A stretch of DNA of 43,266 nt from Alphaproteobacteria bacterium (GTDB lineage Bacteria > Pseudomonadota > Alphaproteobacteria > Micavibrionales > Micavibrionaceae): assembly GCA_030636745.1 (NCBI GenBank), contig DAOVWH010000001.1:1-43266 (forward strand), read 5' to 3'. Positions within the stretch are counted from its first letter, which is position 1. Every line of letters begins with the position of its first letter. The notes beneath the pieces are model-generated. The model was not told the DNA's origin, searched no databases, and saw only the letters and a program-made list of their open reading frames with translations. Positions 9,381 to 19,375 of this stretch are shown here, piece after piece. The position numbers were made by a program, and so were the translations under genes.

Positions 9381-10298
9381 TCATTCCAAAAGGTTAGCCC
9401 GTCGATAGCTTTCAAACATTAGCATATCTGCCCATACGAGTTTTTTCTGTGCGGGCGTGCGTAACAAATATGATGGGTGATATGTCGCAATTGTCGGAAT
9501 AGCCGCAGATAGCCCCCTTAATTCACGTGTTTGGGGAACATAATCGTGCCAGGAATTTCGCAAACGAGAAATGCTTTGCTCTTGCCCAAGAAGGGCTTTA
9601 GCTGCCACACCGCCGCAGAGAATAAGAACTTCGGGGTTTACAAGCTGAATATGACGCTCAATAAAAGGCAGACTAACTTCTATCTCTGCCGGAGATGGTG
9701 TGCGGTTTCCAGGAGGTCGCCAATTTAGAATATTGGATATATATATCGATTTTTGTGGATCATCCTGCATACGATCCAAACCAATACAAGCCAATATTTT
9801 ATCAAGCAATTTACCACTTACACCGACAAAAGGCGTTCCTGAGCGATCTTCATCAGCTCCGGGCGCTTCACTAACCAGCATAATTTGAGCTTTTGGATTC
9901 CCTACAGCAAAAACCAGATTGCTGGCTGTTTTCTTAAGAGCAATTCCATCAAATTCTGCAACAGCCTGACGCAACTCTTCAAGCGTTGATGCTTGTTGTG
10001 CCAAACGCAACGATTCTTCATATGCATCTGACTTTCCCAAGAAAGTCTGTATAGAAGGCGTGATTGGTGCTCTTTCTTCGTAACGTGGCTTCTCTACTAC
10101 ATTTTGCTGGTAATGATCCCTCATCCCCGATTGTTTGGAAGCATTATCATATAAAGGTCGTTCTTGGTGTTTTATAGGCTCAGGAACAATATCGGGCAAG
10201 AATCTGTTAACAACCTCATCAAGAATGCAAACATCAGCACCTTGATCCGAGTACCACTGCAAAGCGGTCATAATTTGCTTATGTGTTGATGCCTCCAT
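9381..10298 (-). CDS. Uracil-DNA glycosylase, family 4, with N-terminal extension
   Basis: Motifs MLVSEAPGADEDRSGTPFVGVSGKLLDKIL and NILNWRPPGNRTP ... ATYHPSYLLR match family-4 UDG signatures. Confidence 0.85.
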   Translation of the reverse strand: MEASTHKQIMTALQWYSDQGADVCILDEVVNRFLPDIVPEPIKHQERPLYDNASKQSGMRDHYQQNVVEKPRYEERAPITPSIQTFLGKSDAYEESLRLAQQASTLEELRQAVAEFDGIALKKTASNLVFAVGNPKAQIMLVSEAPGADEDRSGTPFVGVSGKLLDKILACIGLDRMQDDPQKSIYISNILNWRPPGNRTPSPAEIEVSLPFIERHIQLVNPEVLILCGGVAAKALLGQEQSISRLRNSWHDYVPQTRELRGLSAAIPTIATYHPSYLLRTPAQKKLVWADMLMFESYRRANLLE

Positions 10299-10541
10299 AA
10301 ATATAAATGCCTTTAGGTGAAGATTCTTTATGAAGCTTTAGCCTATGTAACAGGCTAATGCTTGTCAATCTGACTTGATTTTTATTTTAAAGAAAATCGA
10401 TAATCTCCACAGCCAAAAGAATATTATATAATTTTTTTGATAAAACCATTACAATAAATCGTATAATTATACTTAAGGGAATCGTTTAGATACCATTATA
10501 AACACTTTGATAAATACCCGAATAAGTTTGGATATAGCCGT

Positions 10542-12329
10542 ATGATGACACGCTTTTTTATACTTGTAGCCACTTGTGTAACCAGTCTATCACTGTATGT
10601 GATGCCTGTTTTTGCCGGTGCTTCTAATAAATCGCACCAGCAAATAGCAAAGGCAGATAGCATTGCTGCCAATGTAACGCCGCAAGAAGAAGGTAAACAA
10701 AAAGCAACGAGAGCACAGATTAAGCAGCTTATGGCTGGTTATTATCTGGCAAGTCGTTTTGCACAATCAAAGCATGATTGGAGTAATGCCAGCAATTTTA
10801 TCCAACCGCTTTTTTCATCAGAGCTTTCTCAGGAAGAAATAACCCAGCGTGCCATGGTTATTGCAATGGGCGCGGGGCAATCTAATCGCGCTATTGAGTT
10901 GGCACATAAAATGAGGGAAATAACCCCCAGTATTTCAAACACTATTGCTGACACGTTTTTGATTGTTGAAGCTTTTAAACAAAAAGACTATGAAAAAGCC
11001 CGGAAAATTTTTGGTGGCATGAGTCCTGATGCGACAAGTACCTTTATTGGTCCGTTTATCGAAGGATGGATTGGCGCAGCACAAAACCGGATTAATGTCA
11101 AAAATCTACGACAAAATACAGTGCAGCTTTATCATGGCATTTTGATTTCCGATTTTCTTGACGATCATACAGATGTTGAACAAATGATCGAAAAAGCAAT
11201 GAAGATCGAAGATATTACTTTACAGGAAATGGAGCGTATTGCCGATTTATACGCCCATGTAGGGCTTAAAGATAAAGCATTGAAGCTTTATGATACGGTG
11301 CTGGAGAATTTTCCTGATAATGACGCTGTTAAAGAAAAAACAAAGAGCTTGAAAAATGGTACTTTAGAACCGTTATTTGAGAAAATTAAAACGCCACAAG
11401 AAGGGCTGGCTTTAGCTTTTTATGATATTTCCCGCATTTTATTTAACGAACAAAACAACGAAAGCTCACGCGTTTTTGCTTATTTAGCTAAATATCTTTC
11501 ACCAACTTTATCACAACCTAATTTCCTGCTGGCTGAAATTAATGTGCAATATGAACAATATGATAAAGCAATAGCACTTTATTCCGACGTGTTAAAAAGT
11601 GATGAGAATTATATGTCTGCACAATATGAAATCGTTGATATATATGACCTGACAGGACAATATGATAGTGCATTAGATATCTTGAATGATATGGCTAAAA
11701 AAGAAAAAAATCCTGATACGCTTATCAGGCTAGGAGATCTATATCGTCATCAGAGTAAATATAAAAAAGCACTGAATTTATATAATCGCGCTATTGATGA
11801 AATAGATGGAACAGTACCGGAAAATTACTGGCATGTTTATTATGTGCGGGGCATAGCTTATGAACAGCTCAACGATTGGGATAAAGCCGAGAAAGATTTG
11901 AAGACGGCCCTAAAATACCAACCCGATCACCCTTATGTTCTAAACTATCTAGGATATTCATGGGCAGATAAAGGAATCAATCTGGATAAGGCCACAGAAA
12001 TGATTCAACGCGCTGTAGATGCACGCCCCACTGATGGCTACATTACAGATTCTTTGGGATGGGTTATGTATCGTAATTCTGATTATACGAATGCTGTAAC
12101 GACGTTGGAACGCGCTGTAGAGCTTCTCCCTTACGATCCAACAATTAATAACCATCTAGGTGATGCTTATTGGAAAGTCGGCAGAAAACTGGAAGCTCGC
12201 TTTCAATGGGAACGTGCTAAAAATCACTCTAAAGATGAGACGCAAATTGAAGCAATCTCTGAAAAGCTATCTTTGGGTTTGAGTAACAAACATGATAAAG
12301 ATACAGCACATAGAATTATTGCACATTAA
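10542..12329 (+). CDS. Secreted TPR-repeat protein
   Basis: 595 aa. The signal peptide is MMTRFFILVATCVTSLSLYVMPVFA. Multiple TPR-like repeats are visible (AIALYSDVLK.., ALNLYNRAID.., WDKAEKDLKTALKYQPDHPYVLNYLGY, LGDAYWKVGRKLEARFQWERA). It lies upstream of ispE, as in many alphaproteobacteria. Confidence 0.85.
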   Translation: MMTRFFILVATCVTSLSLYVMPVFAGASNKSHQQIAKADSIAANVTPQEEGKQKATRAQIKQLMAGYYLASRFAQSKHDWSNASNFIQPLFSSELSQEEITQRAMVIAMGAGQSNRAIELAHKMREITPSISNTIADTFLIVEAFKQKDYEKARKIFGGMSPDATSTFIGPFIEGWIGAAQNRINVKNLRQNTVQLYHGILISDFLDDHTDVEQMIEKAMKIEDITLQEMERIADLYAHVGLKDKALKLYDTVLENFPDNDAVKEKTKSLKNGTLEPLFEKIKTPQEGLALAFYDISRILFNEQNNESSRVFAYLAKYLSPTLSQPNFLLAEINVQYEQYDKAIALYSDVLKSDENYMSAQYEIVDIYDLTGQYDSALDILNDMAKKEKNPDTLIRLGDLYRHQSKYKKALNLYNRAIDEIDGTVPENYWHVYYVRGIAYEQLNDWDKAEKDLKTALKYQPDHPYVLNYLGYSWADKGINLDKATEMIQRAVDARPTDGYITDSLGWVMYRNSDYTNAVTTLERAVELLPYDPTINNHLGDAYWKVGRKLEARFQWERAKNHSKDETQIEAISEKLSLGLSNKHDKDTAHRIIAH

Positions 12330-12376
12330 GGCTTACCCTGTATGCTGTGAGTTGAGTTTTATGAATGGCTAATTGA

Positions 12377-13291
12377 ATGGTAGAAAAAAGAAACGTAACA
12401 GGTCAACACAATATATCTGTTTTTGCGCCTGCAAAGATTAATTTATTTTTGCATATAACAGGACGAAAAAGCGATGGATATCATTTACTTCAATCTTTAG
12501 TCGGCTTTGCTGATGTCGGCGATATAATAGAAATTGAACCTTCTGATAAATTTTTGTTTACTATAGAGGGTCCGTTTGCAAGTGCTTTGAAGTATAGTGG
12601 AGCAAATGGCAAGCATAATTTAGTTATCAAAGCTGCTCAAGGACTGGCAAACATTGCAAATAAAGAACTAAACGTTCATATACGTTTGACAAAAAATTTA
12701 CCTGTCGCTTCGGGAATTGGTGGAGGGTCTTCTGATGCTGCTGCAACTTTATGGGGCTTGCAGGAATATTGGAAATTGAGCCATGACACCCCCTATCTCT
12801 GGCCGCTTATGACAAAATTAGGTGCCGATGTTCCTGTATGTTTGCACTGTCAGGCGCATCTTGTTCAGGGCGTTGGAGATGAGCTGTTACCTGCACCTCT
12901 TATGCCGGAAGTGCCTATTATATTGGTAAATCCTTTGCGCACTTGCTCAACACCGGATGTCTTTCTACACAGCATTAACAAAACTTATAAAAACAATATG
13001 GCTATGCCTGCGGGATTTTCGTCTGTCTTTGAATTCGTTGCGTTTTTGCAGCGGCTTGATAATGACCTCTATGACGGGGCCATCTCTCTTTTACCGGAGA
13101 TTCGCAATGTTATGGCTGCACTAGAGACACAAAAGAATTGCTTGTTTGCGCAAATGAGTGGTTCTGGCGCAACATGTTACGGGGTTTTTGAAACTATGTC
13201 AGACGCAAAAAAAGCTGCTAAATCTATTGAAAAAGACAATCCTGATTGGTGGATACAAACAGCATGGCTAAATCGGCCAGAAAGATATTGA
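12377..13291 (+). CDS. ispE: 4-(cytidine 5'-diphospho)-2-C-methyl-D-erythritol kinase
   Basis: Contains APAKINLFLHITGRKSDGYHLLQSL and the GHMP kinase motif PVASGIGGGSSDAAATL. Confidence 0.93.
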   Translation: MVEKRNVTGQHNISVFAPAKINLFLHITGRKSDGYHLLQSLVGFADVGDIIEIEPSDKFLFTIEGPFASALKYSGANGKHNLVIKAAQGLANIANKELNVHIRLTKNLPVASGIGGGSSDAAATLWGLQEYWKLSHDTPYLWPLMTKLGADVPVCLHCQAHLVQGVGDELLPAPLMPEVPIILVNPLRTCSTPDVFLHSINKTYKNNMAMPAGFSSVFEFVAFLQRLDNDLYDGAISLLPEIRNVMAALETQKNCLFAQMSGSGATCYGVFETMSDAKKAAKSIEKDNPDWWIQTAWLNRPERY

Positions 13292-13340
13292 TCCAGATCG
13301 ATATTGATACTCAAAAAAATTCATTGGCAGACTTCTGTAC

Positions 13341-13363
13341 TATTCTTAAGTGAAGCTACTTTA
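13341..13363 (+). repeat. Dispersed 23-bp repeat, copy R1 (TATTCTTAAGTGAAGCTACTTTA)
   Basis: Matches the consensus TATTCTTAAGTGAARCTACTATA, which occurs at least 5 times in the window. This copy lies between convergent ispE and the RluA-family gene and abuts the latter's stop codon. Confidence 0.8.
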
Positions 13364-14110
13364 TCAAAAAGGGCATGGGGATTTAAACCACGTCTTTTCC
13401 CCATTTTTAGGGTGATAGATCATCAGCTTATGAGCATGGAGCAATAATCTTGATGAAGAAGCATAGGCTTTATCATGTGCGTAAAATTCATCGCCTAGAA
13501 TCGGATGATCTTGCTCCATCATGTGAACACGTAATTGATGAGAACGTCCAGTCTTGGGATATAATGCTATACGCGTAACTGGATATTCTTGCCCTTGAGT
13601 GTTAATACATTCACGCTTTAAAACTTCCCATCCGGTCTGAGCTGCCCGGCCTTGCTCATAATCTACCATTTGCAAAGGACGATTTGGCCAGTCACAAAGC
13701 AATGGTAAATCAACCTCGCCTTGATCTTCGTCTATATGTCCCCAAATTTTAGCGATATAGATTTTTTGTGTTTTACGACGTTCAAATTGTAATCCGATAT
13801 TTCGATGGCTTTGCGCGTTCATTGCCATAATAATAACGCCGGAAGTCGGTTCATCAAGACGGTGAACTATGCGCGCTTGTGGGTATTGTTCCTGAGCGCG
13901 GTTTTGCAGGCTATCTGCATGTTCAGGACGACGCCCTGGAACGCTTAAAAGCCCGCATGGTTTGTCTAAAACAAGAATATCCTCATCTTCATAAAGGACC
14001 TCCAAAGGCCCTTGCGGAGGATCATAAATAAATTTAGCTGGTGGTTTACGTGTAAAAGTCACAATATAATTCTGATTCAATTTCTTTACTTTATGGTGTT
14101 GATACAGCAT
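13364..14110 (-). CDS. RluA-family pseudouridine synthase
   Basis: Contains DILVLDKPCGLLSVPG and the catalytic motif HRLDEPTSGVIIMA. It also has HQLRVHM in its C-terminal half. Confidence 0.9.
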   Translation of the reverse strand: MLYQHHKVKKLNQNYIVTFTRKPPAKFIYDPPQGPLEVLYEDEDILVLDKPCGLLSVPGRRPEHADSLQNRAQEQYPQARIVHRLDEPTSGVIIMAMNAQSHRNIGLQFERRKTQKIYIAKIWGHIDEDQGEVDLPLLCDWPNRPLQMVDYEQGRAAQTGWEVLKRECINTQGQEYPVTRIALYPKTGRSHQLRVHMMEQDHPILGDEFYAHDKAYASSSRLLLHAHKLMIYHPKNGEKTWFKSPCPF

Positions 14111-14184
14111 AAATATGAGAGATTAAAGTAGTAATCCATATAAACTTGCTGCTACGAGACACAACATAACTTAATGATACAATC

Positions 14185-14946
14185 ATGATGAAATATATAA
14201 TAAATATCTCCGGCCTTGTTTTTTCTTTGTTATTGACTGCAAGCCTGATTAGTTTTCCTTGTTTGAAAAGTGCTCATGCCCAATATCATGGATATTATCC
14301 GGGACAACAAATTGCAGAAGAAAAAAACAAAACAACACCCATTATTCCACAGATTTTTTCTTCACAGGTTTCCAGTGTGCAACAAGCTAAAAAGATTGAT
14401 GTGCTATATAATACTTTATACGTATCTCTATGGAACTACGCTATGAGTGATGTTAATTATCAGAAGAAACTATATAATTTGATTTCTTCTGAACATTTCC
14501 AGACGACCCGCTACATGGCAGAATTTTCAGAAACCATGAATAATGCTATGGTTAACTTGAATGAAAATTATAAAAAACTACATAAAAATATTGATGCTGC
14601 AAACCGTGAATATCTCCATATAAAAGAAACCATTCGCCTGGCTGATTATGATGTTCTCGATAAATTGTGGTCGGAAAAAATTGCAGACTATGAACAAAGT
14701 GCTAACAATTACTTTAAAATGCAGCATGAGTTTTTAAATTCTTATCGTGCTCTGGTTGCCTTTATTATCAAACAAGGCGGCGGTTATTATTATGATACGT
14801 CTGAACGAAGCGTGAAATTCTTTAAATTCGGGGCTTATGAATATTTTGCAAAAGCACTCGATAAATTATACAAACTCACCTATGAGCAGAAAAAACTTCT
14901 CAAGCTTCATGTTCCAGCAACAGAAGACCTTTTATTGCTAGAGTGA
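14185..14946 (+). CDS. Hypothetical secreted protein (253 aa), paralog 1 of a tandem pair
   Basis: The signal peptide is MMKYIINISGLVFSLLLTASLISFPCLKSAHA. The body is helical and rich in Lys, Glu and Tyr. It shares landmarks with the next ORF. Confidence 0.6.
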   Translation: MMKYIINISGLVFSLLLTASLISFPCLKSAHAQYHGYYPGQQIAEEKNKTTPIIPQIFSSQVSSVQQAKKIDVLYNTLYVSLWNYAMSDVNYQKKLYNLISSEHFQTTRYMAEFSETMNNAMVNLNENYKKLHKNIDAANREYLHIKETIRLADYDVLDKLWSEKIADYEQSANNYFKMQHEFLNSYRALVAFIIKQGGGYYYDTSERSVKFFKFGAYEYFAKALDKLYKLTYEQKKLLKLHVPATEDLLLLE

Positions 14947-14950
14947 TGTT

Positions 14951-14973
14951 TATAGTAGTTTCACTTAAGAATA
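14951..14973 (-). repeat. Dispersed 23-bp repeat, copy R2 (reverse orientation)
   Basis: The plus strand reads TATAGTAGTTTCACTTAAGAATA, whose reverse complement is TATTCTTAAGTGAAACTACTATA. It lies in the 42-nt gap between the two tandem hypothetical genes. Confidence 0.8.
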
Positions 14974-14988
14974 ATAGCATAAAGAAAA

Positions 14989-15690
14989 ATGGCAAAATCA
15001 GGAAAGAAGCAAAAGACGTTCTTTTGGGCAGGGTTGGCTCTGTGTTTATTTTTGGCTGCTATTGGTAACGTGTTACACAAAGATAGAACGAAGCACGAAG
15101 CTGCTATTGCTACACATGAAACAACCTTGCTTACAAAACAAAAAGAGCGGAAAGAACATAAATCTGAGATACAGGCTTTATTTGATGCTTACTTAAATAA
15201 TTTCACAAGTGAACTGGTTCACAAAGCTAATCTCTATAAGAAATCGCGCTTGTTATTAAAAAAGATAACCATTCCTATTCATTACAAAACTGTGGCTTTT
15301 TCTAAACAAAATTATACCTTGTTTAAGGAAGATTTGGCGCCTACTTTACGTGCTCAAGGAGAAGATATCGTAAATCTTTTTGGGCATTACTCGGATAAAA
15401 TTCGTAACGACCTGAAAGATAATGACAGTGAATTACAGCAAATTTTCCTGAAACAATGGAATGATATGACTATTAAACAATTAGATCATTACATTACGTT
15501 TTTTATGCGTGAAGAAAAGTTAATTCAGGCTTATGATGATCTTATTACGTTTTATTACACACATGCTCGGCGCTATTACATAGATATAGAAAAGAATAAG
15601 TTTGTTTTTTCTGATTCGAAGGATACAAACGAAGCCCTTATGCTGCTTAAACGTATCCAAAATATACAAAACGAACCTACGAATCTTTGA
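14989..15690 (+). CDS. Hypothetical membrane-anchored protein (233 aa), paralog 2 of a tandem pair
   Basis: An N-terminal basic stretch precedes a TM helix (FFWAGLALCLFLAAIGNVL), followed by a helical body. The segments VNLFGHYSDKIRND and DLITFYYTHARRYYIDIEKNKFVF align with VNLNENYKKLHKNID and ALVAFIIKQGGGYYYDTSERSVKFF of the upstream ORF. Confidence 0.6.
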   Translation: MAKSGKKQKTFFWAGLALCLFLAAIGNVLHKDRTKHEAAIATHETTLLTKQKERKEHKSEIQALFDAYLNNFTSELVHKANLYKKSRLLLKKITIPIHYKTVAFSKQNYTLFKEDLAPTLRAQGEDIVNLFGHYSDKIRNDLKDNDSELQQIFLKQWNDMTIKQLDHYITFFMREEKLIQAYDDLITFYYTHARRYYIDIEKNKFVFSDSKDTNEALMLLKRIQNIQNEPTNL

Positions 15691-15922
15691 TTAGGTTTTC
15701 TTTTTGCTCTCTTGATAAAGATTTAATTTCAATCTCACGCATGGATGCACTAGAACGATCTTGTTGCTGCTCATGATAAACTAGTTTAACTGGCCTACGT
15801 CCTTTTGTATATTTAGCCCCTTTTCCAGTATTATGCTGCTCTATGCGGCGAGCAAGTGCGTTTGTAATTCCTGTATAATATGACCCGTCCTTACAGTGAA
15901 TAATATAAACATACCAGTCCAT
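15677..15922 (-). CDS. GIY-YIG nuclease family protein (UPF0213-like, 81 aa)
   Basis: WYVYIIHCKDGSYYTGITNALARRIEQHNTGKGAKYTKGRRPVKLVY is a classic stand-alone GIY-YIG domain. Its ATG immediately follows the PBP1A stop (TAAATG). Confidence 0.85.
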   Translation of the reverse strand: MDWYVYIIHCKDGSYYTGITNALARRIEQHNTGKGAKYTKGRRPVKLVYHEQQQDRSSASMREIEIKSLSREQKENLIKDS

Positions 15923-18493
15923 TTAATATAAGCCGCTCCCTGTCGAGACAGAGGAAGGTTGTTGCGTCCCTGATGATGGAGGATCACTCATAATAAAAGA
16001 GCCCCCCCCCTCTCCGTTACTTTGACTTTGCGCGTTGTTATAAGAATTATAGCCATAGCTTGGAAGAAGAGAAATCCCGACTTCATTGAGAATATACATA
16101 TCATCTCCCGGCTCTGTACCACTTACAAAAGATTCCCATATCACATTCTTATCTCCCGGTTTAGCCCGTACGCCCGTCTTAGCGTTAATACGAATATTCT
16201 TGATCCCCTCAGGTTTACGGAAAGGTGTTGGCGATTGATCGGCCGTAGCATGCGTCATAAAATCTTTGAATATCGGAACAGCCACAGAAGATCCTGTTTC
16301 ACGCTTTCCTAAAGATTTGGGATTATCAAACCCTGTAAAAACACCAACGACAAGATCTGGTGTAAATCCTAAAAACCAAGCATCACGAGATTCATTTGTT
16401 GTTCCGGTTTTTCCAGCTAAAGGGCGGCCCAAAGATTTAAGCCGTCGGCCTGTTCCACGTTGAACCACTCCATCCATAATAGAAACCATCTGATACGTTG
16501 TTCTAGGATCAGCGATTTGTTCCCTGCTATCCGGGACATCGGGAACAGCTTGATCTTCCCATTTAATCATCCCTCCACATACATAACAGGGACGATCATC
16601 ATGCTTAAAAATTGTGTGGCCATACCGATCTTGCACCCTATCGATAAAAGTCGGAGTTATCTTTTTTCCTCCGTTAACAATCATTCCATATGCTGATGTT
16701 AAGCGGAGCAACGTTGTTTCCGTCGAGCCTAGTGAGTTTGCCAGTAATGGTTGCATATGGTCTGTAATGCCAAAATGGTCAGAGTATTTAGAAATTAATT
16801 CCATACCAAGAAAATCGGCTAAACGTACTGTCATAAGGTTTCTGGATTTCTCAACCCCCATACGCAACGTCGTAGGGCCGTAAAATTCATTGGAATAATT
16901 TGTTGGCTTCCATGGCCCAGATATCTCATCTTCCAAAACAAATGGGGCATCAAGAATCAGTGTCGCTGGTGTAAAGCCTTTATCAAGCGCAGCTAGATAG
17001 ACGAATGGCTTAAAAGCTGATCCCGGTTGACGTTTAGCTTGTGTAGCGCGATTAAATTCACTAGAACCATAGCGGTAATTCCATCCCCCTTGCATAGCCA
17101 ATATACGACCAGTATGCGGATCTAAAGCAATTAATGCACCCTGAATGGTAGGAATTTGCCGCAAAAGATAGGATATTGATGCATTGATTTTCATTTCTTT
17201 GTTCTCAGAATTAACCTCTTCTTCTGACTTTGGTTCAACCATAATCACATCGCCAACATTCAAAACTTGTTTGAGTGAAGAAACAACAGGGCCAAGTGCA
17301 TTGCCTTCATTTTCATATGAACGCGCCCATTTTGTGTCTTCTAATTTAATAATTCCGGCTTGTTTATCTTTATCTGCAAAACCGATTTTTGCAGTTTCTT
17401 TATCAACTTTCAGAATTATAGCTAAATCCCAATTTTTTAGCATATCTGTCCGTGGTTGAATTTGAGAAAGATTCTTACGCCAATCTCCTATATTTTCTAT
17501 CGAAGCAACCGGACCACGCCAACCATGGCGTTTGTCATACACCATAAGCCCTTTACGTAAAGACTCTTCTGCAATTTTCTGTAGCTTCGGATTAACCGAT
17601 GTTTTAACTACCAGCCCACCTTTATAAAGACTGTCTTCGCCATAGCGTTCCGATAATTCGCGACGCACCTCTTCAGCAAAATAGGGAGCATCAACATGCT
17701 CGCTTGTATCTTGTTTCATTTCCAAAAGAACAAGTCTGGCCAGCTCTGCCTGTGATTTGGTGATATAAGCTTCATTTTCCATACGGCCAATTGCCCAGTT
17801 ACGGCGCGTCAAGGCCTCTTTATGATTGCGCACAGGATGATAGTTATTAGGTGCTTTTGGCAAAGCTGCCAGATATGCAACTTCGGCAATGTTTAATTCA
17901 TCCAGTGATTTATTAAAATAATACAGAGATGCTGATGCCACGCCATGTGCGCCACCACCTAAATAAATCTGATTGAGGTAGATTTCCAAGACACGCTCTT
18001 TGCCCAGTGTCTTATTAATCCGGTAAGCAATAATAGCTTCTTTTATTTTTCGTTCATAAGATATTTCGTTGGTAAAAAAAAAGTTTTTAGCTACTTGCTG
18101 GGTTATTGTTGAAGCCCCTTCTGGACGACGATTGATGCCATGTGCTTTATTGATTAAGTTTTTAGCCAAAGCACGAGCCACCGCTTTCATATCTACGCCG
18201 CTATGATGATAAAAATTCTGATCCTCTGCAGCAATAAATGCATGTTTTACCAAATCAGGAATAAATGCAACAGGTACAAAAACACGCTTTTCCTGAGCAA
18301 ACTCAGCCATAAGATGTCCGTCACCAGCATATAAACGCGTTACGATTGGTGGCTCATAGTTACGAAGCTGGCTATAATCAGGTAAATCACTACCATAGTA
18401 ATTAATTAAATAAATAAATCCGCCAAATGCAGCACTTGCTCCTAAAAACCCAAGCGAAAACAGTAATAATAAAACTCGTCCTAAAAATTTCAT
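15923..18493 (-). CDS. mrcA: Penicillin-binding protein 1A (bifunctional glycosyltransferase/transpeptidase)
   Basis: GT51 motifs present are AAEDQNFYHHSGVD, GASTITQQVAKN and RKIKEA. Transpeptidase motifs present are SAFKP, SRN (GVEKSRNLM) and KTGTT. I prefer the ATG at 18493 (MKFLGR, preceded by GGAAAAAGG) over the TTG opening at 18508. Confidence 0.95.
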   Translation of the reverse strand: MKFLGRVLLLLFSLGFLGASAAFGGFIYLINYYGSDLPDYSQLRNYEPPIVTRLYAGDGHLMAEFAQEKRVFVPVAFIPDLVKHAFIAAEDQNFYHHSGVDMKAVARALAKNLINKAHGINRRPEGASTITQQVAKNFFFTNEISYERKIKEAIIAYRINKTLGKERVLEIYLNQIYLGGGAHGVASASLYYFNKSLDELNIAEVAYLAALPKAPNNYHPVRNHKEALTRRNWAIGRMENEAYITKSQAELARLVLLEMKQDTSEHVDAPYFAEEVRRELSERYGEDSLYKGGLVVKTSVNPKLQKIAEESLRKGLMVYDKRHGWRGPVASIENIGDWRKNLSQIQPRTDMLKNWDLAIILKVDKETAKIGFADKDKQAGIIKLEDTKWARSYENEGNALGPVVSSLKQVLNVGDVIMVEPKSEEEVNSENKEMKINASISYLLRQIPTIQGALIALDPHTGRILAMQGGWNYRYGSSEFNRATQAKRQPGSAFKPFVYLAALDKGFTPATLILDAPFVLEDEISGPWKPTNYSNEFYGPTTLRMGVEKSRNLMTVRLADFLGMELISKYSDHFGITDHMQPLLANSLGSTETTLLRLTSAYGMIVNGGKKITPTFIDRVQDRYGHTIFKHDDRPCYVCGGMIKWEDQAVPDVPDSREQIADPRTTYQMVSIMDGVVQRGTGRRLKSLGRPLAGKTGTTNESRDAWFLGFTPDLVVGVFTGFDNPKSLGKRETGSSVAVPIFKDFMTHATADQSPTPFRKPEGIKNIRINAKTGVRAKPGDKNVIWESFVSGTEPGDDMYILNEVGISLLPSYGYNSYNNAQSQSNGEGGGSFIMSDPPSSGTQQPSSVSTGSGLY

Positions 18494-18577
18494 TTCGCCT
18501 TTTTCCAATTCACACCATTTTTAATGGGCTCAAACGCTTTTGTCTTCCTGAGCGTATTTCTGAACATATTGATCTCT

Positions 18578-19375
18578 CTATGCAACACTGCGTGTTATCG
18601 GCCCATCAGCCCGTCCGTGTATAAATTGCTCAACATAAGGATTATCAGAATGATCGAGCTCTTCGACAGTGCCTGTCCAGATAATGCGCCCCTCATATAT
18701 CATTGCAATATAATCAGCTATTTTGCGGACACTGGCCATATCATGCGTAATTGACAGAGCAGTTGCACCAAGACCATCAACTTGTTCAACAATCAAGTCA
18801 TTAATAACATCTGCCATAATGGGATCAAGTCCGGTTGTCGGCTCATCAAAGAAAATAATTTCAGGAGATGTTGCCACAGCGCGTGCCAAACCTACTCGCT
18901 TTTGCATGCCCCCTGAAAGCTCTGCCGGATACAATTCCGTAACATCAGGTGATAATCCAACAGTCCTGATTTTTTCTATGGCAATTTCTCTGGCTTCCTT
19001 TTTGTTCATGCCTTGTCCGTGAATAAGGCCAAAAGCAACATTCTCCCATATACGTAATGAATCGAATAAAGCTCCGCCTTGAAATAACATGCCGAATTTT
19101 TTCATAAACTGTGCACGTGTTTTGGCATCACAGCCCACGCTTTCCTGTCCATCTATCAGGATAGAGCCGCTATCAGCTTCCAGCAGGCCAAGGATACATT
19201 TAAGCATCACAGATTTACCTGTGCCAGACCCTCCAATAATGACCATCGATTTACCTGCCGGCACATCCAGACTTAAATTATTCAGCACATGGTTTGTGCC
19301 AAAAGATTTGCTAACGTCGGATAAAATCAGTTTATTTGTCTGAATATTTGTATTTGCACTATGCATTTTATTCAT
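18578..19375 (-). CDS. mlaF: ABC transporter ATP-binding protein, MlaF-like
   Basis: Walker A is GGSGTGKS, the signature is LSGGMQKRVGLARA and Walker B is IIFFDEPTTGLDP. Its start overlaps the stop of the upstream permease gene (ATGA). Confidence 0.85.
   Translation of the reverse strand: MNKMHSANTNIQTNKLILSDVSKSFGTNHVLNNLSLDVPAGKSMVIIGGSGTGKSVMLKCILGLLEADSGSILIDGQESVGCDAKTRAQFMKKFGMLFQGGALFDSLRIWENVAFGLIHGQGMNKKEAREIAIEKIRTVGLSPDVTELYPAELSGGMQKRVGLARAVATSPEIIFFDEPTTGLDPIMADVINDLIVEQVDGLGATALSITHDMASVRKIADYIAMIYEGRIIWTGTVEELDHSDNPYVEQFIHGRADGPITRSVA

Noticed and set aside
13341-14973. R1/R2 inverted pair as the termini of a 1.6-kb composite mobile element carrying the RluA-family gene
   Set aside because: There is no transposase inside and RluA is a housekeeping-type gene. 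With at least 5 repeat copies in 43 kb, an inverted pairing at this distance is expected by chance. I kept it only as a remark.
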